Source: Chromera velia (taxonomy: Eukaryota). From it: a DNA stretch of 54,236 bases. A program made the translations under genes and the position numbers. Numbering within the stretch: position 1 is the first letter of the stretch; each line of letters starts with the position of its first letter. The notes under the pieces are model-generated. The model was given only the letters and a program-made list of their open reading frames with translations. It was not told the origin of the DNA and ran no database searches. Where the stretch lies: assembly GCA_018398765.1 (NCBI GenBank), contig JAHBMJ010000195.1:1-54236 (forward strand), given 5' to 3'. Of this stretch, positions 37,960-51,029 are shown one piece after another.

Positions 37960-39159
37960 ACTTGTACAGCCGCAGACAGTTGCCACCAACATACACACAC
38001 CCCACACAGCACTCACCCATGCTGGCCTGTCAGGGTAAGGATGGCGGATTCAATCATAAGAACAAAGGGACTCTTAACACCTCTTGAGCAACCACAAATG
38101 ACACAATGATAACCTCTCTATGGCGACCAAGCGACATACTCACATACCTAGTTATCAAACTTGTACAGCCGCAGACAGCTGTCGCCAGCGTACACACACC
38201 CCACACAGCACTTACCCGTGCTAGCCTATCAGGGCAAGGATAACGGGTTCAATCATAAGAAAGAAGGGACTCTTAACCTAGCTCTTAACACCTTTCTAGC
38301 AACCACAAACGACACAATGACAACCTCTCTGTGGCGACCAACCGGCATACTCACATACTTAGTCATCAAGCTTGTACAGCCGCAGACAGCTGCCGCCAGC
38401 GTATACATTCCCTACACAGCACTCACCCGTGCTGGCCTATCAGGGCAAGGATAGCGGGTTCAATCATAAGAAAGAAGGGACTCTTGACACCTCTCCAGCA
38501 ACCACAAACGACACAATGATAACCTCTCTGTGGCGACCAACCGGCATACTCACATACCCAGTCAATGACATCAAACTTGTACAGCCGCAGACAGCTGCCG
38601 CCAGCGTACACACATCCCACACAGCACTTACCCGTGCTGGCCTATCAGGGTAAGGATGGCGGGTTCAATCATAAGAAAGAAGGGACTCTTAACACCTCTC
38701 CAGCAACCACAAATAACACAATGACAACCTCTCTTTGGTGAGTAACCGACATACTCACATACCTAGTCATCAAACTTGTACAGCCGTAGACAGCTGCCAC
38801 CAGCGTGCACACACCCCACACAGCACTCACCAGTGCTAATGCCGTACGCTCTATTCTGCTGTGAAACATCTCTACAACTCTATTCTTTTTTCTGAGAGAG
38901 CTGCGGTCTTCTTGAAAGACGATTCGAGTGAGTAAATTGGGACTTGAAGTCTGGAAATCGTTCTTTTTTTCCTCTCTTATTTTCTTGCTTCGCTTTTCTT
39001 CTTCCCCTTTTTTGCTGCGAATGTCTAAAAATGTTCCCGAAGCAACACACCCTTGGGAGCCCATGTATGCGTGTCTCTAAATGTGTTTGTGGATGTTTTT
39101 CATATGCATGAGATCTATATATCGATATGATAATAAATGAATTGCAAGTCTGCATGCAG

Positions 39160-40338
39160 GTATTACGGTAACGGCACCTCCCTTCCTTGGGGGGGGAATT
39201 CTTTCACCGAAGAGCACTTGGCCTTCCTCACTGTCGAACAGGCAATGGGAGATTTTGCGGAGGTGCTCTCTCAGATGCGCACAGATCTGGAATGCACGGG
39301 GGCCAAGGCATGTCCCACTATTCTGTTTGGAGGCTCTTACGGTGCCATGCTTGTCGTGTGGTTTCGGCAGAAATACCCACACCTCTCTGTGGGGGGTGTT
39401 GCTGCATCTGCCCCTGTGAACACTTTTGCTGATGATTTGGATCTTGGTGCTCTGTTTTGGAATGCTTCCCTGTCTGTGTTTGGGTCTGAGGGTAAGATTA
39501 TGGGGTGGCCTCAGTGTGAGCAGACTGTGAAGAAGGGAATGGATGAGATACAGAAAAAGTCGTTGCGGCAGCTTTCAGGCATATTCCCTGTCTGCAAGAA
39601 GATGGAGACCGAGACGGACAGACTGCGTCTGGAGGCGTATGTGCGGGGTGCGCTGTCGACTCTAGCGATGAGTGACTACTCAGTTCAGGCAGACCTGATG
39701 CAGCCCCTGCCTCCCTTTCCTATCAGAGAGGCCTGCAAAAAGATGCGGCAGCATGTGCACAAAGGGAAAGGTTCGTCTCCCCTCCTGAAGGATCTGGTTG
39801 GAGCAGTGAACCTGATGGTGAACAGCACGGAGAAGCTGGAGTGCTGGGATTTGGGAAGAGAGTTGATTGAAGAAGAAGGAGGGAGAGAAAGAGGGAATGC
39901 AAGAGAGGACTTCTCTGGGAATTTCCCACCGTCTCTCTCTATGGGGGGCAATTCTCTTGGAGACATCTAGAAGGTCTGGTCTTTTCAGGTAATTGGGAGG
40001 GGGGGGTCTTTTCAGGTAACTAAGCGTCTGTGGTGGGGGCGGGGAGGGATGCATTAGTTTTGTCGAGCAGACAGACTTGCATGAATGCATGCGGACTTCG
40101 AGTGTACGCTCTTTTTTTTGTTCAGCAGAGAGTGTTAACAAGAAGAAGAAAGCTGCATTGGTTATTATCTAAAAGAAAGAAAGATGCGGTCTTCTATTGA
40201 TTCTCAACATTTCAATCAGGGCAACGGGTCAGATACACACACTGGCATCAATAGACAGAAAAGCACACACACACACATACACACACACACACACACATAG
40301 ACAGACAGACAGACAGACACAGACAGACAGACAGACAG

Positions 40339-40381
<43 letters not shown>

Positions 40382-40464
40382 AAGCAGCATACAGTGTATC
40401 CGTAGCACACACACATACATACACACACACACACAGAGTCACGGATACACTGTATGCTGCTTGA

Positions 40465-40501
<37 letters not shown>

Positions 40502-41087
40502 CTGTCTGTCTGTCTGTCTGTGTCTGTCTGTCTGTCTGTCTATGTGTGTGTGTGTGTGTGTGTGTATGTGTGTGTTCTCTTCTTTGCAGGTCTGCACAGA
40601 GCTCCCCATGCAGCCTCTGACTTCTGAGGGTTTCAGCTTCCTCATTTCCTTCTCTGAGGACCATTCCCGCGCCCTGAAGGCCGCATGTGCCCGTCTGTTC
40701 CCCCACATCAAGTGGAGGCCGTTGTGGATGCACACAGCCACGGGAGGCGACTCTCTGGGTTCCGTGTCGAATCTCATCTTCAGCGATAGAGCCAAAGACC
40801 CCTGGGAGGCGGGGGGTCCGAACAGGGCGTGCTACGAGAGAATCGTTCAGGGAAAGTCCACAGAAGGCTGCGAGGAGATGAAGCCCCAAACGGGGTCTCC
40901 TCAGAGCTTTGCACTCCACCCCTCAGCTGTGCGTTTGTTCATCAGAGACGGCGCGCACCACGCAGACCTACGCGCATCCGACCCGAATGACAGTGAGGAA
41001 CTCCGGAGAGTGCGAAGGAAGGAGAGGGAGGTGATGAGGAAGTGGATTGACGAGGCATTGGGGAAAGAGGTTTTGAATGTCGCATGA
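39160..41087 (+). pseudogene. 5'-truncated S28 peptidase pseudogene (exons 3-4 only)
   Basis: No promoter or exons 1-2. TGG>TAG stop at 39968-39970. G>R and G>E changes flank the DPW motif. Confidence 0.93.
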
Positions 41088-41576
41088 GGGGATCGATCGA
41101 GGCCGGGAGGATTGTCACTAAGTTGGTCGATTGAGCCTGATAATTTTAGCCTTCGATAATGCAGGTTACAGGTTGTAGGCTATCAATGGGTCCGCCTGTT
41201 CTTCTTTCATTTAATTAGACTTTTTGTCGTGCTTCTTGTATCACTGCCAAGACCTGATCATCCACCTTCTAAATAATTTATTTACAATATGCTAATCTGA
41301 TTCACTAAAAAAAAAAATGTAGAAGAAACACTTTTTTAAATCCAGTTTTTAATTGTATAAACTAAGTTAAACTCTAGCTTAAACCTTAGAAAGAAGACTT
41401 ACTAAATAGACTTATCATAAATAAATTTTCATTGAAAAAGTTTTTAAATTATTGTTAATTGCTAGATTTATAATATTGGTTGCATTGTCTGTAGGATATC
41501 ATAGTACATTCAATAATTTGTCTAGTATAGTGCATACATTAGTATAGTATACATGCTAGTATACATGCATGGTTTA

Positions 41577-42664
41577 CACTGAAACTATAGTGTGACACAA
41601 TTCAAATTATGACACAATACCCTATACACTAGTACTAGTGATACAATGTTAAGTGCTAGTGACACAAATAATTGTGTCACAATAGGTATTACAATAGTTA
41701 GTGTGACGTAAGTATAGATTGTGTATAAGACTGCGCGGTGTGAGCGCAAACGAGCACCTTGCATGATCCTTGCATGCTTTCTGGGACCACATCAAAAAAG
41801 AGCGTGCGTCTCAGCCAGAGCAACTGGAATTAGATGTCGCATCTGAATTGTAGCAAAGTCAGTCTGACAGTGCAGGTACTAACTGATTGAACGATGGAAC
41901 GATGACGTATGTCTAGATTGACAGACCTTCCGTCCTAATGTTGTGAATATGATGAGCCCTATGTATGTGTCACAGTTAGAGTAAGTTAGGTATGATGAAA
42001 TTGTCAGACAAAAATTGAAGTGATCCTAAACTTTTAAAGTGACTAGCTTGAAATCTTTAGAGTCGTTGAAGTTTAGACTCACCTCATTCACTCGATCACT
42101 CACCTCACTCACTCATTCACTCACATCCCTTACTCACTCCACCCACTTATCTACTCACCCCACCCACTTACCCACTCACCTCACTCACTCACTCACTCAC
42201 TCGCTCACTCACTCAACACTGGAGAAGAGCAAGGAAGGGGTGCGCAGCGGTTCATAGAGCGGTTCAGGCACAAACTGCTGCTCGGGTGTGTTGCTATCCT
42301 AAGGGAGATGCTAGTAATCTACAATGAGGTAGGACATGGCTTGACGGTTTCGGCTTGTATGGCTAAGGTTGCGCTGCATAGTTTGTACGAGTTTGCCTAG
42401 GAGTTTGCGCACCGCTGTACGTTTTTTTCGTGGGGTCATGCATGCACGCTTTGTTCATACATGCATGCAGTCCACGCAGCCCGCAATAGCTATGACGCTG
42501 CCCCGTGACGCGTATCAAGCCGTGATCTATAACTATTTTTTCATACATAAGTGTGATTTAATTAAATCTATCAAAAGTTCTTAAAATCACAGTTATTATT
42601 TCATAAATCATTGTGACACAAAAGATTCTAAAAATTCTCCTTGTGACATACTATAGTTCTAGTA
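41577..42664. mobile_element. CACT-ended TIR element, copy 2
   Basis: Duplicate of 33605-34660; terminal G mutated to A. Confidence 0.7.
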
Positions 42665-45160
42665 TAGCATACCAAGGTGGAGTAGGCGGGAATGTACTAT
42701 GTAATGCCCAAGAATGCCTACCGAGAGTACTGTTTCATTTTAGGCTTTTCTCATATAATTAGACAAGAAAGAAACTCTACTAGCTAAGTTGAAATGCACT
42801 TCAAATTTTTAACTTGGGCACATCCAAGCCTGAATTAATTTATAATCATGATTGATCATGATGTTCCCTCCAAAAACCGTTTGTTATATATATAGTCCGA
42901 TCGCGAAATGACGCTAAACGGCCGCATCGATTCCGGACCCCTAAACCAAACAGCTAGATTCTAACTCTAGACAAATGAGACATACAAACAGATGTAAGCG
43001 GCTTACATAAGAGGCACAGGTATAAACAGCACCCCAAAAAGAGGATAGATAAAAACATACTCCAAAAAATTGTATGATTTCATTGAAAAAAAAGCGTGAT
43101 TGAAAGGATCGATTGATTTCTATGGCCTCGGGATTCGCCCGATTTCCCTTAAACCGCTCGAACTCAAGTACACTGTCTTTTATTACAAATCCCCCCCCCG
43201 GTATCATAAACAACATAGTACAATCAATGCATAATTTCAGGCTCGTTTAGGTTTCCGTAAAAGTGATGAATTTTTTTTTTAATATAAAGATCTATCCGTC
43301 TTATGAAATTCAACAAGACAGACATACAAAAAACAAAAAAGAATTGGGATGGATCTAGGGATGGCTTTGCAAAGACCAGATCGGCAGGTTCCATCAGAAG
43401 GAAAAAGGGACTCTTCACAGATCTACAACAGCCATAAACAACACAATAACACCATCTCTTTGGCGACTAAGCAGCACACTCATATGTGCAGTCATCAAAC
43501 TCATACAGCTGCAGGCAGCTACCGCCAGCCTACATACCCCCTAGCATATACCCCACACAGCACTCACCCGTGCTGGCCTATCAGGGCAAAGATGGCGGGT
43601 TCAATCAGAACTTATTTAGAAGGAAGAAGGGACTCTTGATACCTCTCCAACAACCACAAACGACACAATAACAACCTCTCTCTGGCAACCAACCAGCATA
43701 CTCATATACTTAGTCATCAAGCTTGTACAACTACAGACAGCTGCCACCAGCGTATATACATCCCACAGAGCACTCACCCGTGCTGGCCTGTCAGGGCAAG
43801 GATGGCGGGTTCAATCATAAAAAAGAAGGGACTCTTAACCTAGCTCTTAACACCTCTCCAGCAACCACAAATGACACAATGACAACCTCTCTCTGGCGAC
43901 CAACCGGCATACTTATATACCTAGTCATCAAACTTGTACAGCCGCAGACAGCTGCCGCCAGCGTACACACACCACACACAGCAGTTACCCGTGCTGGCCT
44001 ATTAGGGCAAGGATGGCGGGTTCAATCATAATAAGAAAGAAGGGACTCTTGACACCTCTCCAGCAACCATAAATGACACAATGACAACCTCTCTCTGGCG
44101 ACCAACCGGCATACTTATATACCTAGTCATCAAACTTGTACAGCCGCAGACAGCTGCCGCCAGCGTACACACACCACACACAGCAGTTACCCGTGCTGGC
44201 CTATTAGGGCAAGGATGGCGGGTTCAATCATAATAAGAAAGAAGGGACTCTTGACACCTCTCCAGCAACCATAAATGACACAATGACAACCTCTCTCTGG
44301 CGACCAACCGGCATACTCACATACCCAGTCAATGACATCAAACTTGTACAGCCGCAGACAGCTGTCGCCAGCGTACACACACCCCACACAGCACTTACCC
44401 ATGCTGGCCTATCAGGGCAAGGACGGCGGGTTCAATCATATTAAGAAAGAAGGGACTCTTGACACCTCTCTAGCAACCACAAACGACACAATAACAACCT
44501 CTCTGTGGCGACCAAGCGATATACTCACATACCTAGTCATCAAACTTGTACAGCCGCAGACAGCTGCCGCCAGCGTACACACACCCCATACAGCACTTAC
44601 CCGTGCTGGCCTATCAGGGCAAGGATGACAGGTTCAATCAGAAGGAAGAAGGGACTCTTAACCTAGCTCTTAACACCTTTCTAGCAACCACAAATGACAC
44701 AATGACAACCTCTCTCTAGCGACCAACCGGCATACTTATATACTCAGTCATCGAGCTTGTACAGCCGCAGACAGCTGCCACCAGCGTATACACAACCTAC
44801 ACAGCACTCACCCGTACTGGCCTGTCAGGGCAAGCATAGCGGGTTCAATCATAAGAAAGAAGGGACTCTTGACACCTCTCTAGCAACCATAAATGACACA
44901 ATGACAACCTCTTTGTGCTGACGAACCGGTATACTCATATACCTAGTCATCAAACTTGTACAGCCGCAGACAGCTGCCGCCAGTGTACATACACCCCACA
45001 CAGCACTTACCCGTGCTGGCCTGTCAGGGCAAGGATGGCGGGTTCAATCATAAGAAAGAAGGGACTCTTGATACCTCTCTAGCAACCACAAATAACACAA
45101 TGACAACCTCTCTTTGGTGAGTAACCGGCATACTCACATACCCAGTCATCAAACTTATAC

Positions 45161-45511
45161 CAGGGTTGCTTTTTTAGTCGGTAACAGGTCTAGTCTACCG
45201 GCAATTGCCGGTAACCGGTAATCGCCTCAGTCTGCCTTCCTTTTTCCGACAAAAAAAATGATAAAAATTAGGGTTCCCAAAAAAAAAATCCACCTGCGGC
45301 GCCAACCTTCAAAAACATATTTTTAAGTGTTTATTGGCATTTGAAAAGCCTATTCACACACAAAAAAAAATTAAAAAAATATTTAAAAAATATAAATTTT
45401 TAACTGCTTCACGGTAGCCTTCACTCCTATAAGTAGCAAAAAGTTCCAACAGCTCTAGAGTTTCTCTGAAGTGCTCTGGCCCACTTTTTTTTTAGTCCAG
45501 CCTATCATACT

Positions 45512-45568
<57 letters not shown>

Positions 45569-46387
45569 TAAAAGAGAGTCGCTCTCCCTGCTACAGGACC
45601 AAACAGCTTCCGTTCATGCTATTGCTTTCCTTGTCTCTGTTTGCTTATATGTACAGGCCCAAATTGCCACCCAATCGACTTAATTATAATTAATATACAC
45701 AAAGGTCCACTCGCCTTTCGCTCCTGTACTCGCTCTCCCTGTCTCTGTCTGCTCATACATAAACCCAATTGCCTTTCATTCACATACTTACCCTCCCTGT
45801 CTCTACAAACGCCCAACTGCCTTTCGTTCCCTGTCTCTGTTCGCTTATTTACTTATGATTCTTTCATGTCTGCTTGCTTGCAGATGGCAAATCTTCACCC
45901 TCCTGGGTCTCCGGAGTTAGAGGCCCTTCAAGGCCTCAGACATCAGCTTTTAGCGGCGGGTCTTTCTTTGGAGGCTGGAGCACTGGATTGGGAGGACCAC
46001 CCAAACTTTAAGGCGGACTCAAAGTCTTTCCGTTGTTGGAATCGCACGGATGCATCTGTCTGGGCCAGCTGTGGTCATTGCGGCCAGCGGTTTTCTGTTT
46101 TTGGGCGCCAAGTGCAAGACGGGACCCATTGCTTCGACCTACGGCATCTTCAAGCACATTGGCCACATAGCTGTCCCTACAGATGACGCATTGACTTTTT
46201 GAATTAACCTTAAGTCTAGCCTTAAGTGATTGATTGATTGACCTATAACCTAGGACTTAGATTATTGAAAAGTGTTAGTGACTATTAGAATTCTGCCAAG
46301 TCTTTGCCAACTGCCAGCAAACTCTGCCGGTAATTACCAGTTACCAGTAATGAAGCTTGTCTACCGCCGAAAAAATCGGCAACCCTG
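45161..46387 (+). mobile_element. Non-autonomous hAT-type element, copy 2
   Basis: Same TIR and TSD (45153-45160, 46388-46395). Confidence 0.92.
45884..46186 (+). CDS. BED-like zinc finger ORF, copy 2
   Basis: Duplicate of 37456-37758, still open. Confidence 0.5.
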   Translation: MANLHPPGSPELEALQGLRHQLLAAGLSLEAGALDWEDHPNFKADSKSFRCWNRTDASVWASCGHCGQRFSVFGRQVQDGTHCFDLRHLQAHWPHSCPYR

Positions 46388-49300
46388 ACTTGTACAGCCG
46401 CAGACAGCTGCCACCAACGTACACACACCCCACACAGCACTCACCCATGCTGGCCTGTCAGGGCAAGGATGGCGGGTTCAATCATAAGAACGAAGGGACT
46501 CTTAACACCTCTTGAGCAACCACAAATGACACAATGATAACCTCTCTGTGGCGACCAAGCGACATACTCACATACCTAGTTATCAAATTTGTACAGCCGC
46601 AGACAGCTGCCGCCAGCGTACACACACCCCACACAGCACTCACCCGTGCTAGCCTATCAGGGCAAGGATGACGGGTTCAATCATAAGAAAGAAGGGACTC
46701 TTAACCTAGCTTTTAACACCTCTCCAGCAACCACAAATGACACAATGACAACCTCTCTGTGGCGACCAACCGGCATACTCACATACTCAGTCATCAAGCT
46801 TGTACAGCCGCAGACAGCTGCCGCCAGCGTATACATTCCCCACACAGCACTCACCCGTGCTGGCCTATCAGGGCAAGGATAGCGGGTTCAATCAGAAGGA
46901 AGAACGGACTCTTGACACCTCTCCAGCAACCACAAACGACACAATGACAACCTCTCTGTGGCAACCAAGCGACATACTCACATACCTAGTCATCAAACTT
47001 GTACAGCCGCAGACAGCTACCGCCAGCGTACACACACACCACACAGCACTTACCCGTGCTGGCCTATCAGGGCAAGGATGGCGGGTTCAATCATAAGAAA
47101 GAAGGGACTCTTGACACCTCTCCAGCAACCACAAACGACACAATGACAACCTCTCTGTGGCGACCAAGTGACATACTCACATACCTAGTCATCAAACTTG
47201 TACAGCCGTAGACAGCTGCCGCCAGCGTGCACACACCCCACACAGCACTCACTAGTGCTAATGCCGTACTAGGAAAAGGTTTAACTAAGTCTACCGAGGT
47301 ATTATCTAGTAAATTTTTTTCTAGCGCATCTAGTAGGCTTGCTGAAGCCGTGATCACTTGCGTGTTAGCGGCTACAAACGGCACAAGGTGAAAAGGGATA
47401 ACAAGACTGCTGGTATTGAGGGCAGTGGTGGCCTAGGAAGTCGGCGATAAGCGCTCGGATAGGAGCGGGGAAGATCGTTTCGATTTTTGTTGCTTTCATT
47501 TTTTTATTTCTAGAAAACGTTGCGATGGCCATTAGAGCCCGCAGATCGATCAATCGTTTGCCGCTTGGTTTGATGCAATGCAGGCCGGTTCGGGAGTCTC
47601 ACATACGGTTCTGCTTGGTTTTGGCATGTAAGGAGCCAAGCAGAATGACGGTGTTGCAGTCATGGGAGGTTCTTCAACATCATTGACAACACCGGGTCCT
47701 TGTTCTGAAAGGCCATCAGCGTTCGGAGGGCCGCTCCCAAGTGTTGCCCTCGCTGTGGCGCCTCCCGAAGACGCTGTGTGCTGGCTCGGAGGCACACCGC
47801 CCTGCGTTTGTGGAGCTGTAGGGTCAGCTGGAGAAGCAACCGTATGTCCGGGAGAAGAAACTCCGGATGGGGACGATCGCTGCGCGAGCGGACTGCGTTG
47901 TGATTGTCCAGATGGTCTGGAGCTCGGGGTCTGTGCCATAGCCTGGAGACCTGCCACTACTTCCTCAAGGGCCCTTGTGACCGCGTCGAGCCGTCTCGCA
48001 TCAACAGAACCTGCCGTGTATGAACAGAGAAAAACACGCAACGACAAAAAAAGATCCAGGTCATCGCACAGACAGACCAAAAAAATACCACGTATGCAGG
48101 GCACAGGCAAGCCAGCCACCGTTCACACGCGACGTCAAAAAGTATGCTGGAGAAATTTTCAGCGCGGGCGACGAAAAAAGTGATCCTGACGGGAGCCGGG
48201 CGGACCCGCAGACAGTCAAGGTTCGAGACGGTGCAACCTCTACGGACGAACGACCAGCCCAGTCGTCTCACAGCAGGCGAACTCACGCATGCTGGAGTAA
48301 TTTTTGGTCGCAGAAGCCAGCCTGGAGAAATTTTCGTTCGCACGACGAGAAAAAACCGGGGACAGACACTCAAAGCTCAACAGACCACGCAAACCCGCAG
48401 CAGACGTCTGACACAGGCACACACGCACTTCTCTCACGGCACGCATGCTCAGGCTGCCTGATCGTATACACCCACCCCCGAACAGCCGGACAACAGTCAC
48501 ACACAACATTCGGACGTCAATTTAAAGAGATGGAGGTGCCGAGTATATGATGGAGAATTTTTTGTTCGAGCGACGAAAAAAAGAAACGGGGGGGGGAAGC
48601 CCGCAGACACGGCGCTCAGGCGTCTCACACAGCCAGCCACTCACACACAGAGCACTCGCGCACTTCCATCTGGCGACGTCGAACGCATGCTGGAGATTCC
48701 GGGGAAAGCCCGCAGACACTCAAATGTCGACAGACCAAGACCAAGCCTCTTGACGCAGGCACACACGCTCTCACGCACGCATGCTCAGGCTGTCTGAGCG
48801 TTCCATCCATCACGACACACCCAACCAACAGCCGCACACAGCCCGCGCATGTCAACTTAAAGAGATGGAGACACCGAATGTATGATAGAGAATTTTTTGT
48901 TCAGGCGAGGTCGCGACGGAAAAAGAAAAGGACCGGGAAGGGGAAGCCAGGTCAAGCCAGACGAGTCACACGCGACTCAGGAGAAAAGCAGAGAGCCGAG
49001 GTCTCTGACGGTGACGGATGGCACACGAAAAGAGCGCACACAGCCGAGGCACGAAGGCCTTCCTGACGGTCTAGGTCGTCAGCCAAGCAGACACACAGGA
49101 AAACAAGTGGGTACAGACAGAGAAACGGGGTATATGCAGGCGAAAGGGCGACCAACCTTGCGGAGCCGGGCGCGGAAAAAGACCCTCTACAAACTCTCTT
49201 CTCCTCTGGTCGTCTGCAAGCCCAGTGAATCCTGTGAAGCTGCTGTCTAGCTTTTCGTTCAGAGGCCCGAGCGCAAAAGCCAGATCCTGATTCGCCATCA

Positions 49301-50842
49301 CGAAAGCGCGGCAGGCGTCCTTGTCCGGTGACGGCTTCCCGTTGTACGCGTGGGCACGTCGATTCCTCACCTTGCTTGACAAGGCCCAGTCTGCACCGCG
49401 CACATACACACACGGTCAGCACCCACAGGACGAAAGCAGAAAGCAGGGGAAAAAAAAGACGAAGCAACACAGAGCACGAACGAGCGAGCCCAAGGAAGCC
49501 AAGCCAGAAAATCAAAAAACCAACGCAAGGGCATCAAGTGAGTAGACAGACAGCCTGGACACAGAAAAAAAAAGAAGCAGTACAGACGCACCTGCAGGAC
49601 GAATCTGACTGCCCTTGGAAGGGCCCCGCTCGTCCGCCAGCACACTGGAGGTCTGGAGAGCCTGCATACAGACACACACGATGGCGAAGATCTTGCTTAG
49701 AACGACACTACGCAGTCAACGGATCCTGAGACCACCAGGGGCAGGCATGCTCTACTCACCGCTTGAAGAAGCTCTTGGGCTGCACCCAGGCTCGACCCGG
49801 CCACCTTCTTCCCCACGGGGCTTCTATCAATACGCCCGCGGGGACCTGCAAAGAGCCAAGACAAAACGGTTCGGAGCAGGAACGCGAGAAGAGACGGCCA
49901 GCACACAAGAGGAAGCGGCATGGGTACGCAAGCTCACGAAACTGGAAGGCGGACGGACGGACGGACGGACAGAACGACAGGAAGAGAGGGCCAAAGGAGG
50001 GGGAAAAGCAGAGAGGGAGACAAAAAGCCAAGGCCGAAGGAGGGCGGGACGGCTGGCATGCAGACCCACCTGCAGGACTCGCGTGGCCATCCAAACGAGC
50101 GCCAGCAATGGCTAGAGGCTGCACGCAGGGTACCAGGGGGGGCAAAAGGATAGAGACACGCAAGGGGGGGGCGGAGACACGCGAATAAAGATGGGACAGA
50201 AAAACGGTCCTGGCACGCCTGGCTCACCTCTTGTCGTGGGGTTGCGAACAGGCAGGGGCAGACGTCGTCCTTTGGCCCCATGTTTTGCAGGGCAAAGGTC
50301 TCCTCAGGACGCTCCCAGGGATCTGCATCAAGGACACAAAACAAAGTCGAACGCGCTGAGAAGAAAGCAAAGGGCCATAGAGAGAAGAAACACGCGTTCC
50401 CGCAAAGGAAAAGGTGCGAGAAGCGGGCATCGCTAGAGGCAGCTAAAAAAAGGGCGGGAAAAGAGCAGACAGGACACAAGAAGAGAAAGAGCGGAAAGGA
50501 CCAGACAGAACAGAAGAGAGCTCAGGGTCACAGAGAACGGAAGAAGGAGGGACATGAGCAGTCCGGGATCGCAACAGGAGGAGAGGGGAAGCAGGGGGCG
50601 GACAGCAGGGAGAGGAGAAGGAGAAGTGGGGAGAAGGAGGAGGTGGGGGAGAAGGGGGGCGGCAGGAGGCCCGGAAGAGAGGAGGAAGGGTTCCTACCGC
50701 AAGACCGTTGGAGAAGGCAGACGGAAAAGCAAAAAGAAATAAGAAAGAAACTCGAAGGCTCGAGCCTGATGAAGAGGCCAGACAGACATGCAAGAGAGAG
50801 AGGTGACACTTCCAACCGCGGGTGACAGTCTTCGAACCGAAG

Positions 50843-51029
50843 TGTCACCCACCCAAGAAGGTGAAAGCACCTCACCGTGACACTTGTGACACTAGTGACA
50901 CCTTTTTAGAAAAAGTATGTAGAGAAAAAAAAGAGGGGGCTGCATAGAAAAGAAAAGCTTTGGAAAACGGTGTCGCAACTGTCACCACTGTCACCTATCC
51001 CCTGCTTTCACCTTCAAATGGTGGTGACA
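50843..51029. mobile_element. Degenerate intronic inverted repeat/MITE with GTGACA subrepeats
   Basis: TGTCACC..GAAGGTGAAAGCA..(GTGACA)x3 mirrored by (TGTCAC)..TGCTTTCACCTTC..GGTGACA. No TSD seen. Confidence 0.55.

Larger units (their letters stand above)
35390..38835. repeat. ~200-bp tandem satellite, ~11 units, interrupted by a hAT element
   Basis: Unit AAGGGACTCTTGACACCTCTCCAGCAACC...GGCGGGTTCAATCATAAGAAAG recurs every ~199-220 bp. Confidence 0.97.
31010..38839 (+). repeat. Tandem segmental duplication, copy 1
   Basis: Collinear with 38840-47269. TGCCGTAC occurs at 31010, 38840 and 47262. Confidence 0.97.
43394..47252. repeat. ~200-bp tandem satellite, ~13 units, interrupted by a hAT element
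   Basis: Same unit as 35390-38835. Confidence 0.97.
38840..47269 (+). repeat. Tandem segmental duplication, copy 2
   Basis: See copy 1. Has two extra satellite units and an intronic inverted duplication. Confidence 0.97.

Noticed and set aside
35390..47252. Tandem arrays as CRISPR or as coding ORFs (e.g. MYSRRQLPPAY...)
   Set aside because: Whole ~200-bp units repeat with no unique spacers and no cas genes. The ORFs are short by-products that change frame between units.
31010..47269. TGCCGTAC as the 8-bp TSD of a giant transposon
   Set aside because: The bracketed segment contains native exons 3-4 of a gene whose exons 1-2 lie outside, and it has no TIRs. Microhomology fits better.
48040..48910. 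Degenerate repeats with CGCATGCT and CCCGCAGAC motifs as structured RNA
   Set aside because: They look like old intronic tandem duplications; no RNA family features are recognisable by eye.
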